A stretch of 64,000 nucleotides of DNA, from contig JAAXJF010000035.1 of the NCBI GenBank assembly GCA_012269985.1, positions 1,150 to 65,149 of the forward strand. The letters are read 5' to 3'. Positions 30,380 through 38,958 of this stretch are shown here, in pieces. The notes under the pieces are model-generated. The model was not told the DNA's origin. It did no database searches and was given only the letters and a program-made list of their open reading frames with translations. This DNA is from Acidimicrobiaceae bacterium (GTDB lineage Bacteria > Actinomycetota > Acidimicrobiia > Acidimicrobiales > Ilumatobacteraceae). Numbering within the stretch: position 1 is the first letter of the stretch; each line of letters starts with the position of its first letter. The position numbers were made by a program, and so were the translations under genes.

Positions 30380-30394
30380 CCGATGTCGCGCTCG

Positions 30395-31171
30395 CTATGA
30401 AGATGTCGAACGCGAAAACTTTCGAGTCGCAATCATTGAAAACACAACGACGAGGCCAACCGACCAGGCAAGAGAAAGCCAGGCGTCATTTCCGACAGGA
30501 AGCCCGTTATACAGCGACCGCGCTGCGTTGGTCACCACGGTGAACGGGTTCGCATTCGCTACCGCCTCTAGCCATCCCGGCATTGTCGATGGGTCAACGA
30601 ATGCTGACGACACGAACGTCAATGGAAACATCCAAATGAATCCGGCCGAGTTCGCAGCCTCGACCGATGAGACCGCAAGCCCAATCAGCGCCTGTACCCA
30701 GCTCAACGCATACGAAAACAGCACGAGTAAACCGGTCGCAAGCACCGCATCGGTGACCGAACCTCCGAACCGAAAGCCGAGCAAGAATGCGGCTACGAGC
30801 ATCACACCAAACGTGAGAAGGTTGCGCACGAGGTCGCTCACCGTGCGACCGATGATGACTGCCGAACGGCTCATCGGCAGTGAACGCAAACGGTCGACAA
30901 GGCCTTTCGAAAGATCTTCTGCGAGACCAATCGAGGTGAACGCTGACCCGAAGACAAGGGACTGGCTGAAAATTCCTGGCATGAGGAACTGGTCGTAGTT
31001 ATCGAACCCGGGAATCGAGATCGACCCGCCAAACACATACGCGAACAGCGCAAGAAACATAATCGGCTGGATCGTCGCAAAGATCAGCAATTCGATATTG
31101 CGAGGAATCACACGTAAGTGACGTTCGGCCTCAACGAATGAGTCGTGGAGAGTTGCCTGAAGCCGATTCAT
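30395..31171 (-). CDS. ABC-2 type transporter permease (DrrB-like)
   Basis: 258-aa protein with six TM helices. It overlaps the upstream ATPase gene by 4 nt. Confidence 0.8.
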   Translation of the reverse strand: MNRLQATLHDSFVEAERHLRVIPRNIELLIFATIQPIMFLALFAYVFGGSISIPGFDNYDQFLMPGIFSQSLVFGSAFTSIGLAEDLSKGLVDRLRSLPMSRSAVIIGRTVSDLVRNLLTFGVMLVAAFLLGFRFGGSVTDAVLATGLLVLFSYALSWVQALIGLAVSSVEAANSAGFIWMFPLTFVSSAFVDPSTMPGWLEAVANANPFTVVTNAARSLYNGLPVGNDAWLSLAWSVGLVVVFSMIATRKFSRSTSS

Positions 31172-32130
31172 GATGTTGCCTCCTCTGCCGATGCAACGTG
31201 TCCGGTCAAGGCAAGGAAGACATCGTCGAGCGATGGTCGACGAACAACGACATCGAGCACGTCGACGCCGGCATCATCGAGCGCACGAATTACGGTCGGT
31301 ACAACTCGGTCACCGGCAGTAATTGGTGCTTCGAAGGTTCGGTCGTCACGCACTTCAACGCGACCTGTGCACAGCGGGGTCAACACAGACATCGCAAGCT
31401 CTCGGTTTTCGGCGCGTGCAATCGAGACCTGGAGTAGTGCTCCGCCCGTCCGAGATTTGAGTTCATCTGGAGTTCCTTCAGCGATGACCCGGCCCTGGTC
31501 GATCACGACGATCTGCTCGGCGAGCCGATCAGCCTCTTCGAGATACTGGGTCGTGAGTAGAACCGTGGTTCCATCGGCTGCAAGATCTTCAATGACATCC
31601 CACATGCCAAGACGGCTTCGTGGGTCGAGGCCAGTGGTGGGTTCATCAAGGAACAGCACTGACGGATTCGCAATGAGGCTCATTGCGATATCAAGCCGGC
31701 GGCGCATGCCTCCTGAAAACCCCTTCACGACGCGGTCTGCAGAATCGGCTAGGTCGAATCGATCGAGTAGCTCGCCGGCGCGCAAACGCGCCTTTGCCGT
31801 GCCGAGGTGAAAAAGTCGACCGATGTACACAAGGTTTTCGCGGGCGGTGAGTCGCTCGTCGACAGCGGCGTACTGCCCGGTGAGCCCGATACGTCGACGA
31901 ACATCGTTAGGATTTTCCACGACATCAATGCCGTCAATGATGGCTGTGCCGGCATCTGGCCGAATCAAGGTCGTGAGCACTTTTACCGATGTTGTCTTGC
32001 CCGCTCCGTTCGGGCCAAGGAGCCCGTATACCGCTCCTGCTGGTACTGCGAGGTCAACCCCGTCGAGCGCAAGGGTGTCGCCGAATCGCTTGACGACCCC
32101 TTGCATCTGTACTGCGTGGTCTTTTGTCAC
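31168..32130 (-). CDS. ABC transporter ATP-binding protein (DrrA-like)
   Basis: Walker A GPNGAGKTT, signature FSGGMRRRL and Walker B LFLDEPTTGLD are present. Confidence 0.9.
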   Translation of the reverse strand: MTKDHAVQMQGVVKRFGDTLALDGVDLAVPAGAVYGLLGPNGAGKTTSVKVLTTLIRPDAGTAIIDGIDVVENPNDVRRRIGLTGQYAAVDERLTARENLVYIGRLFHLGTAKARLRAGELLDRFDLADSADRVVKGFSGGMRRRLDIAMSLIANPSVLFLDEPTTGLDPRSRLGMWDVIEDLAADGTTVLLTTQYLEEADRLAEQIVVIDQGRVIAEGTPDELKSRTGGALLQVSIARAENRELAMSVLTPLCTGRVEVRDDRTFEAPITAGDRVVPTVIRALDDAGVDVLDVVVRRPSLDDVFLALTGHVASAEEATS

Positions 32131-32160
32131 CAGACGAGTATGCCTGCATCGAGCAGTTGT

Positions 32161-33618
32161 TTAGACACCACCTCGGGCGGCATTCTCAAATCGGGTGTAT
32201 TGCCCAAGCCACACGAGTTTCCTCGTTCCGATTGGCCCAGCGCGATGCTTCGCAACGATGACTTCAGCGCTGGCGCGATCGTTTGTTTCCGGGTTGTAGA
32301 CCTCATCGCGATACAAAAACATGACGACGTCGGCATCTTGTTCGAGTGATCCCGACTCACGAAGATCAGACAACATAGGACGCTTATCAGAACGCTCTTC
32401 GAGACGACGACTGAGCTGGCTGAGCGCGATGATCGGCACTTCAAGTTCACGGGCGAGAATCTTCAGGTTTCGGCTGATCTCCGACACTTCTAGCTGTCGG
32501 TTCTCGGCAAAACTTCCCGAGGTCATGAGTTGGATGTAGTCGATGACGATTAATCCGAGTGCTCCGTAACGAGCTTTGATTCGACGGGCCTTCGCCCGTA
32601 TTTCCATCACCGTGACACGAGGGTTGTCATCGAGAAACATCGGGACTTCAAGCCGGCCGATGGCCTTTCCGATTTTCGTCCAATCGGTGTCTTGGAGGTT
32701 GCCCTTGCGCATCTTCATCGAGTCGACTCGAGCTTCGGAAGAGAGAATTCGGTGCGAAAGTTCGGTGTGACCCATTTCGAGTGAGAACACGAGCACCGGC
32801 GCCCCGGAGTTCATCGCTACGTGCGACGCAATGTTGAGACCAAACGCACTCTTACCCATCGCCGGTCGCGCACCAACGATATAGAGCGCACTTGGTTGCA
32901 ACCCTGAGAGCAATTCGTCGATGTCGACGAAGCCGGTTTGCACGCCGGTGACGACGTCACCGCGGTGGAAGGTGTCTTCAAGTTGTTGGAAAATTTCGGG
33001 CAGCAAATCATCGAGGCTGCGCGTAGTGTCGGCAACCCGATCTTCTGCGATCTCAAAGACGCGGGTTTCAGCTGCGTCGAGTGCCTGCGCAACATCGTCT
33101 GGCTCTCCGTAAGCGAGCTCTGCAATATCGCCGGCGACAAAAATGAGTCGGCGCAGTAGCGCTGTGTCTTGGACAATCTTTGCGTAGTGCCCAACGCTTG
33201 AGACCGCGGGCGTCATATTCTGCAGTTCGTGCAGGCTTTCTGATCCGCCAATTTCGTCGAGGAGCCCACCTCGCCGAAGTTCATCGGCGACGGTCACTAC
33301 GTCGACTGGTCCGGCACTTGCGTAGAGAGAGCGCACCGCATCGTAGATGTGACGGTGCGCCGGTCGGTAGAAATCGTCGGGCAGGAGCCCGAGCTCGGAG
33401 ACCGCTCCGATGGCTTCTCGAGAGAGCAGCAGGGCACCGAGCACGGATTCTTCAGCTTCAAGATTGTGAGGGGGAACTCTTCCCGCCGACCCTAAACGCC
33501 GGCGACTTCCTCGATCATTGCCTCGCCCTGGGTTTCTGCGCGACGGCACACTGTCAAAGGCCGACTCTGGAGCAGATTCGTCGGGTGGCAATGGTGGGAA
33601 CGGGGCGTCGTCGGTCAT
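32161..33618 (-). CDS. dnaB: Replicative DNA helicase DnaB (no intein)
   Basis: 485-aa ORF with PPHNLEAEESVLGALLL, Walker A GARPAMGKSAF, LIVIDYIQLM and the RecA-like C-terminal domain. Confidence 0.95.
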   Translation of the reverse strand: MTDDAPFPPLPPDESAPESAFDSVPSRRNPGRGNDRGSRRRLGSAGRVPPHNLEAEESVLGALLLSREAIGAVSELGLLPDDFYRPAHRHIYDAVRSLYASAGPVDVVTVADELRRGGLLDEIGGSESLHELQNMTPAVSSVGHYAKIVQDTALLRRLIFVAGDIAELAYGEPDDVAQALDAAETRVFEIAEDRVADTTRSLDDLLPEIFQQLEDTFHRGDVVTGVQTGFVDIDELLSGLQPSALYIVGARPAMGKSAFGLNIASHVAMNSGAPVLVFSLEMGHTELSHRILSSEARVDSMKMRKGNLQDTDWTKIGKAIGRLEVPMFLDDNPRVTVMEIRAKARRIKARYGALGLIVIDYIQLMTSGSFAENRQLEVSEISRNLKILARELEVPIIALSQLSRRLEERSDKRPMLSDLRESGSLEQDADVVMFLYRDEVYNPETNDRASAEVIVAKHRAGPIGTRKLVWLGQYTRFENAARGGV

Positions 33619-33669
33619 GAGGTCTCTACTCTCTCACGTCAAGCCTGTGGGAAGAAAGAGGTACAACTT

Positions 33670-33702
33670 TGTGGAAAACCATGTGGATTGTCTTGTGGAT
33701 AA
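33670..33702. promoter_or_regulatory. Three same-orientation DnaA boxes at 12-bp spacing upstream of dnaB
   Basis: The boxes are TGTGGAAAA 33670-33678, TGTGGATTG 33682-33690 and TGTGGATAA 33694-33702 (perfect). They lie 52-84 bp upstream of the dnaB start at 33618. Confidence 0.55.
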
Positions 33703-33752
33703 ATATGGGGACAACTCTTGCTCGGCCCGCATTTTTAGCAGTGAGGACAACA

Positions 33753-33783
33753 CAGCCGGCCTGATGTGTAACCAGGCCGGCTG
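33753..33783. terminator. GC-rich hairpin downstream of rplI (putative operon terminator)
   Basis: An 11-bp perfect stem CAGCCGGCCTG / CAGGCCGGCTG with a 9-nt loop lies about 30 nt after the rplI stop. There is no clear U-tract, so it may be a stabiliser or factor-dependent. Confidence 0.45.
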
Positions 33784-33810
33784 AATTCACAGAACGAGTG
33801 TCTCCGAGAC

Positions 33811-34257
33811 TTACGAGGCAACGACCTCAACAGTGATCGGAAACGACACCTCGGGGTGAAGCGCTGCGGTAACGACGTGCTGTCCAGCCGTCTTAATCTG
33901 ATCGGCGATCTCAATTTTGCGACGATCGATCGCAACCGACGACTGCGCCTCAACTGCATCAGCGATATCAGCTGCAGTCACCGAGCCGAACAACTTGCCT
34001 TCACTGCCAACCCGGGCCTCAATGGTGAACACCATCGGGACGAGCGTCGACGCAACGGTTGTTGCCGCCTCGCGATCGCTCGCGTCACGGAGGTCACGGG
34101 CACGGCGCATTTTCGCGGCCTGCTCGACTGCTCCAGGTGTTGCAACCATCGCCTTGCCTTTTGGAAGGAGATAGTTTCGAGCGTACCCATCGGCGACGTC
34201 GACAATGTCGCCGCGTTTGCCGAGGTCTTGCATGTCATTGCGAAGAATGACCTTCAT
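33811..34257 (-). CDS. rplI: 50S ribosomal protein L9
   Basis: The canonical N-terminus MKVILRNDMQDLGKRGDIVDVADGYARNYLLPKG begins at 34257. The ORF-track start at 34290 would overlap rpsR. Confidence 0.9.
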   Translation of the reverse strand: MKVILRNDMQDLGKRGDIVDVADGYARNYLLPKGKAMVATPGAVEQAAKMRRARDLRDASDREAATTVASTLVPMVFTIEARVGSEGKLFGSVTAADIADAVEAQSSVAIDRRKIEIADQIKTAGQHVVTAALHPEVSFPITVEVVAS

Positions 34258-34258
34258 C

Positions 34259-34702
34259 TCAGGCCTCCTCTCCGTCATCGGTCGTGTCATTGGTGGTGGC
34301 CTCGACCTGGTCTTCTACCTGATCGTCCGTCACCTCGTCGTTTTCCGTCTCATCGATTTCGGTCTCATTGTTCTCGACTGCGTTGTCGTCATTACGTGGG
34401 CGGCCAACGTCACGCGATGGACGACCGCGGGAAGCCGATGCAACTCGACGCGCATACGGCAAGAGCCCCATTTCGCGTGCAATCTTGATGGCGTTTGCCA
34501 CCTCGCGCTGCTGCTGGACATCGTTGCCATTGATGCGCTGACCGCGGATTTTGCCGCGATCACTCATGAAACGTGAGAGCAAGTCGACATCTTTGTAGTC
34601 GACATACTCAACTTTCCCGATAACGAGAGGGCTGGTCTTTTTCTTAAATTTGCGGGGAGCGGCATCTCGTGCGCGCTGTCCGCGGGCTGGGCTTTTCGCC
34701 AT
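34259..34702 (-). CDS. rpsR: 30S ribosomal protein S18 with a long acidic C-terminal extension
   Basis: The S18 core is present ([50 protein letters not shown]). It is followed by a roughly 65-aa Asp/Glu/Asn/Thr-rich tail in the same frame. Confidence 0.9.
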   Translation of the reverse strand: MAKSPARGQRARDAAPRKFKKKTSPLVIGKVEYVDYKDVDLLSRFMSDRGKIRGQRINGNDVQQQREVANAIKIAREMGLLPYARRVASASRGRPSRDVGRPRNDDNAVENNETEIDETENDEVTDDQVEDQVEATTNDTTDDGEEA

Positions 34703-34755
34703 TGTTCTTGGTCCTCCTGGACAAATGTCGTGAAACTACGGATGTTCGTGTGAAA

Positions 34756-35196
34756 TCAGAACGGCTCTTCGTCGCCGTACACCGGATCAGGTGCTGCTTG
34801 TGGTGACTGGCTTTGGGCGCCTCCGCCCCCAAAGCCACCTGAACGCTCGGTGCGCTCCACCTGGGCGGTCGCCCAGCGCAGGCTTGGTCCGATTTCGTCG
34901 GCCACTACTTCAAATACGGTGCGCTTCTCGCCTGCATTGGTCTCGTAGTCGCGTTGTTCCATGCGACCTGCAACGATGCAACGATTGCCCTTCGTGAGGG
35001 TGGCCGCGGCATTTTCACCAAGGTCACCCCAACAGACGACGTTGAAATAGGACACTTGTTCTTGCCACTCACCGTTGACCTGATATCGGCGATTAACCGC
35101 AAGGCCAAAGCTTGCAACGCCGCGGCCACCAGTGGTGTACCGAAGTTCAGGATCACGGGTGAGGTTGCCAATTAGAGTGATGGTGTTTGTTGCCAT
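34756..35196 (-). CDS. ssb: Single-stranded DNA-binding protein
   Basis: OB-fold N-terminus (NTITLIGNLTRDPELRYT), a Gly-rich linker and the acidic tip DEEPF. Confidence 0.95.
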   Translation of the reverse strand: MATNTITLIGNLTRDPELRYTTGGRGVASFGLAVNRRYQVNGEWQEQVSYFNVVCWGDLGENAAATLTKGNRCIVAGRMEQRDYETNAGEKRTVFEVVADEIGPSLRWATAQVERTERSGGFGGGGAQSQSPQAAPDPVYGDEEPF

Positions 35197-35221
35197 CTAG
35201 GACTCCCTTCGTACGCTGCTC

Positions 35222-35554
35222 TTAGGCAGCTGCTCCGGCCATACCGCGACGCTCTGCTTCAGCCTCGGGAAGACGGATGAGCTTGTGGCGGACGATGTCG
35301 TCTGCGAGACGGAGGGAACGCTCAAGTTCATCGAGAGCGCCTGCTGGTGCAACACACTCGACAACGAGGTAGTACCCCGATTCTTTCTTATTGATTGGGT
35401 AAGCGAAGGCACGCTTGCCCCACCAATCAGGCTTGCCATGGAGGGAACCTCCGGCTGCGGTGATGCCATCGGAGACGGCTTTAACCCAGGACTGAGCCGC
35501 TGGATCTTCGACATCGCCATCGACGATCACCATGAGTTCATAGGCACGATTCAT
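35222..35554 (-). CDS. rpsF: 30S ribosomal protein S6
   Basis: 110-aa ORF beginning MNRAYELMVIVD..., first gene of the rpsF-ssb-rpsR-rplI cluster. Confidence 0.9.
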   Translation of the reverse strand: MNRAYELMVIVDGDVEDPAAQSWVKAVSDGITAAGGSLHGKPDWWGKRAFAYPINKKESGYYLVVECVAPAGALDELERSLRLADDIVRHKLIRLPEAEAERRGMAGAAA

Positions 35555-35714
35555 GTGCTAGTTAACTCCCTTCGGACGTGGCCACCTTGTGTAGCCGTTG
35601 GCCCCAATGCATCAGCAGCAGCCGATGAGATGGAGCAGGGTGGATATGGAAAGGAAGACGCTATCGCTAACGGCACCAACTTTGACATACGCGTCATCTT
35701 GTATGAGGGGTGTG

Positions 35715-36263
35715 TCACTCCTCCATTGTCGACGCCGAACAACTCCGGTCATTCAGTGCAACAGTGCTTCCCTCGCCAACGCCAAACCGCTGAAGTTCGC
35801 CTTGCTGCACCTCAAGCGCGAGCAGATAATTCGACGGAGTTGGATAGCTCAGACAGTCCGAGTCACTCTCTGACGTACACGGCGACATATCGAGAGCATC
35901 GATAAATAAGCCATCACCACCAAAAAACGCAATCGACAATGGAAGAAACGTGTCTTTCATCCAAAACGTCCCTGAGGTTGGCTGGTCGTAAACGAACACC
36001 ATTCCATCTGCGCCACCCATGGAATCCACGTTCATAAGGCCCTGACGTCTCTGCTCGGCGGTCGATGCGACCCACACGCATCGCTCGAGCGGCAGGGAAC
36101 TTGATGCCTCAACGTCTTTTGAACTCACCAGCAATACTTGGCGAGGAAACCCGACCGGGCCTGACGGCGTATTCACGGAGTGATCGTCAGTTGATGCGGC
36201 TCCGCATGCGGCTACTAGGGCTGCCACCACTACGACTGCGCTCTGCGCGAAGCGCCGGGTCAT
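35715..36263 (-). CDS. DUF192 domain protein, probable lipoprotein
   Basis: Signal/lipobox-like VAALVAACG and DUF192-like core DGMVFVYD...FWMKDTFLPLSIAFF. ATG 36263 overlaps the upstream stop (TGATG). Confidence 0.65.
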   Translation of the reverse strand: MTRRFAQSAVVVVAALVAACGAASTDDHSVNTPSGPVGFPRQVLLVSSKDVEASSSLPLERCVWVASTAEQRRQGLMNVDSMGGADGMVFVYDQPTSGTFWMKDTFLPLSIAFFGGDGLFIDALDMSPCTSESDSDCLSYPTPSNYLLALEVQQGELQRFGVGEGSTVALNDRSCSASTMEE

Positions 36264-36703
36264 CACACCGGAACAACGCGAAGCAGGTGATGCCATCGGC
36301 AGCCACAGCACGCCTCGACCACATATGCCCTCAAATCTCTTCCCGTCACCGACAGTTCACGTAATTCTTTTGACGACGACACGCACCGACCGTGGGCCGG
36401 CAAGCGGTGACCGAATACGTACGTCACCAAGCGGAGATTGTCCTTTTCGCAGATTGGACATAACGCTTCGGTTTCGGTTCCGACGTTTGCTGCGGCACGG
36501 ATGAGCTCAGGGTGGGCATCGCACACCTCATCTCGGCGCAGACGCCCAATGCGCACTTGATTGATCAGCATTCGGCGAGCAAGCCGATGATCGACAACCC
36601 CGCCACCATCGGTTGAGCCGCGCATTGCGCCAACCGAGAATGAGCCGACAACCGACATGCCATGACAATAGCGGTCGTTACTCAGCCCGTCGCTTGGTGA
36701 CAC
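36263..36703 (-). CDS. DUF5318-like Cys-containing protein (hypothetical)
   Basis: 146-aa ORF with CDAHPEL...CPICE...CCGC motifs. This small protein is conserved in actinobacteria. The true start may be an internal Met at 36658 or 36625. Confidence 0.5.
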   Translation of the reverse strand: MSPSDGLSNDRYCHGMSVVGSFSVGAMRGSTDGGGVVDHRLARRMLINQVRIGRLRRDEVCDAHPELIRAAANVGTETEALCPICEKDNLRLVTYVFGHRLPAHGRCVSSSKELRELSVTGRDLRAYVVEACCGCRWHHLLRVVPV

Positions 36704-38920
36704 TCAATTACTTGCGAGCTCGGTTTCGATGAGGTTTGCCGGCCTTGGACGACCGAACAGGTAGCCCTGACCTCGATCACAGTTGAGGTCTCGTAACCGC
36801 TGCAATTGCAAGGGGCTCTCAACGCCCTCGGCTACCACCGTCAGATTCAATGCCTTTCCCAACTGAATGACGGCTTCAACAATCGTTGAGTCTTCGTCTT
36901 CAATTCCGAGACCGCTCACAAAACTGCGGTCGATCTTGATTGCTTCGACCGGGAAGCGTTTGAGATACGTCAATGATGAGTACCCGGGGCCGAACTCGTC
37001 AACACTGAGGTGAATACCCAACCCTCGAATTTCTCTCAGTGTCGAGGTTGCTGCGCGGGCGTCTGCAAGCAAAGCCGACTCGGTGATCTCGAACCAAACC
37101 GAGTCGGGGTCAACACCTGTCTCATCGAGAATCTCGACCACCGTCGGCAGGAATGAACTGTCAACAAGTTGACGGCTTCCCACGTTCACCGCAACCGAGC
37201 CCTTCGCAAACGAGTGCCCTGCTGCGCGCCAGCGCGCCATCTGCGACAGTGAATTTCGCATCATCGACGCGCCAAGTGACACCAATAGTCCTGACTCTTC
37301 TGCGAACGGGAGGAATTCCGCCGGCGATAAGAGCCCTCGATCTGGATGCAGCCAGCGTGCGACGACTTCGAATCCGACGATGCGTCCGCTCTGTAACTCG
37401 ACGATCGGTTGAAAATATGGAACGATTTCGTCGCGTTCGACTCCTCGCCTTAACTCGCCCACCGTTCGGAGTGCCTGCATTCCCGACTCGCGGCTCCCCA
37501 CCTGGAAGGCCTCGACACAATCACGCCCGCGGCTTTTCGCTCGATACATCGCTGCGTCGGCGTCCCGCAACATTTCGTCGGGCGACATTCCAGCGTCATG
37601 GTTTGTTGACCAGCCGATGCTGACCGTCACAAAGAATTCGTGATCGTCAACGGTCACCACCGGGTGGACAGCAGCTCGCAAACGCTCCGCTGCGGTCGCA
37701 GCATCAACTGGACCACCTCGACCATCTAGGACCACGACAAATTCGTCGCCACCAAAGCGAGCGAGAAGATCACCTTCACGTACCGCCCCCTCAAGGCGCT
37801 GGGCGACCTGTCGAAGAAGTTCGTCACCTCGAGCATGCCCAAGGCTGTCGTTCACCACTTTGAAATGGTCAAGATCGATAAAGAGGAGCCCCACAAGCCC
37901 AGGGCGAGACCCGGTGAGGCGTTGTTCAAGTACCTGCATGAAGTACGAACGATTCGTAAGCCCGGTGAGTTCGTCATGTCGGGCGGCATGAGTGAGTTGC
38001 TCAGCAGTACGTCTCTCCTCGGTGACATCTTCAATGTGGTGAATCGCAAACAAGATGCCGTCATCTTCAGAGACAGAAACTCTGGTTCGGGTTGTGAGGT
38101 AGGCCCCATCGCGTCGCCGGAACCGCTGATCTATGAGATACGAATCGGTCACGCCGAGTTCAAGTTGAGCCCGATGCGTTTGTGCCGCCCGAACGTCATC
38201 GGGATGGGTGATCTCCCGGAGTGTTCGACCAACAAGTTCTTCGGATGAGCGCTGCAGCATCGCTGCCAGCGACTCGTTTGCCTCAACAATGCGTCCGTCA
38301 TCAAGGCGAACAAGCACCATGCCAGTTGGGGCCGAGTGAAAGGCCTGGTGAAAGCGATGGCGTGCCTCATCAAGTGCCCGCCGATGGCCAGCGACCTCGT
38401 CGCGATCGGTCAATCTGACCAAAATTGGTCCGGTGTCGTCAGGTCGCTGCACCGTCACCTCAATCGGCACTGTTCGACCATCGCTGGTCGTTACAGAGAC
38501 TTCGACTGCCGAGTGCGGCCCGCCATGACCTTCTGACACATCCTGCGGAAGGCGTGAAATCCACGGCTCTAGAGCTCCACGATCTGCATGGTCAAGCCAG
38601 TCGTCAAATGAAGAGCCGACGAGTGAACTCACCGGGCAAGAAAGGAGGTCGCTGCCCGCACGATTTACCTCGATGATGACACCAGCATGATCGACGTGCA
38701 GCACCGCCTCATCGAGGGCGTCGAGTAGGGCTCGGGCAGTTAAGCTGTGGGTGAGTTGCAGGTCGTTCTTGGTTTGCGAGAGCCCAACAGTTGGACCATC
38801 AGAAATTGTTACTGGTGACGAGCCACGACGCTCCCGAATGAGCAGCAGCACACCGATCACAATGACGCCAATGCCAACTGCGACCGGGGTTGCGATAGTC
38901 GAGATCGAACCTACGTCCAC
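36704..38920 (-). CDS. Membrane-anchored PAS-PAS-GGDEF-EAL c-di-GMP signalling protein
   Basis: N-terminal TM helix and two PAS-like regions. The GGDEF domain has an I-site plus A-site (REGDLLARFGGDEF). The EAL domain has EVVARW, VNVGSRQL, FEITES, DEFGPGYSSL, KIDRSF, AEGVES and GQGYLF. Confidence 0.9.
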   Translation of the reverse strand: MDVGSISTIATPVAVGIGVIVIGVLLLIRERRGSSPVTISDGPTVGLSQTKNDLQLTHSLTARALLDALDEAVLHVDHAGVIIEVNRAGSDLLSCPVSSLVGSSFDDWLDHADRGALEPWISRLPQDVSEGHGGPHSAVEVSVTTSDGRTVPIEVTVQRPDDTGPILVRLTDRDEVAGHRRALDEARHRFHQAFHSAPTGMVLVRLDDGRIVEANESLAAMLQRSSEELVGRTLREITHPDDVRAAQTHRAQLELGVTDSYLIDQRFRRRDGAYLTTRTRVSVSEDDGILFAIHHIEDVTEERRTAEQLTHAARHDELTGLTNRSYFMQVLEQRLTGSRPGLVGLLFIDLDHFKVVNDSLGHARGDELLRQVAQRLEGAVREGDLLARFGGDEFVVVLDGRGGPVDAATAAERLRAAVHPVVTVDDHEFFVTVSIGWSTNHDAGMSPDEMLRDADAAMYRAKSRGRDCVEAFQVGSRESGMQALRTVGELRRGVERDEIVPYFQPIVELQSGRIVGFEVVARWLHPDRGLLSPAEFLPFAEESGLLVSLGASMMRNSLSQMARWRAAGHSFAKGSVAVNVGSRQLVDSSFLPTVVEILDETGVDPDSVWFEITESALLADARAATSTLREIRGLGIHLSVDEFGPGYSSLTYLKRFPVEAIKIDRSFVSGLGIEDEDSTIVEAVIQLGKALNLTVVAEGVESPLQLQRLRDLNCDRGQGYLFGRPRPANLIETELASN

Positions 38921-38958
38921 ACCTAGACGCTAGTGATCACAAGATTGCAGGAACCGGA

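Noticed and set aside
31145-31810. 221-aa plus-strand ORF over the ABC ATPase gene, and the 280-aa alternative-frame ORF at 3662-4504 over the phosphotransferase gene.
   Set aside because: Both are shadow ORFs of well-supported genes. Their Ser/Arg/Thr-rich sequences show no domain signatures.
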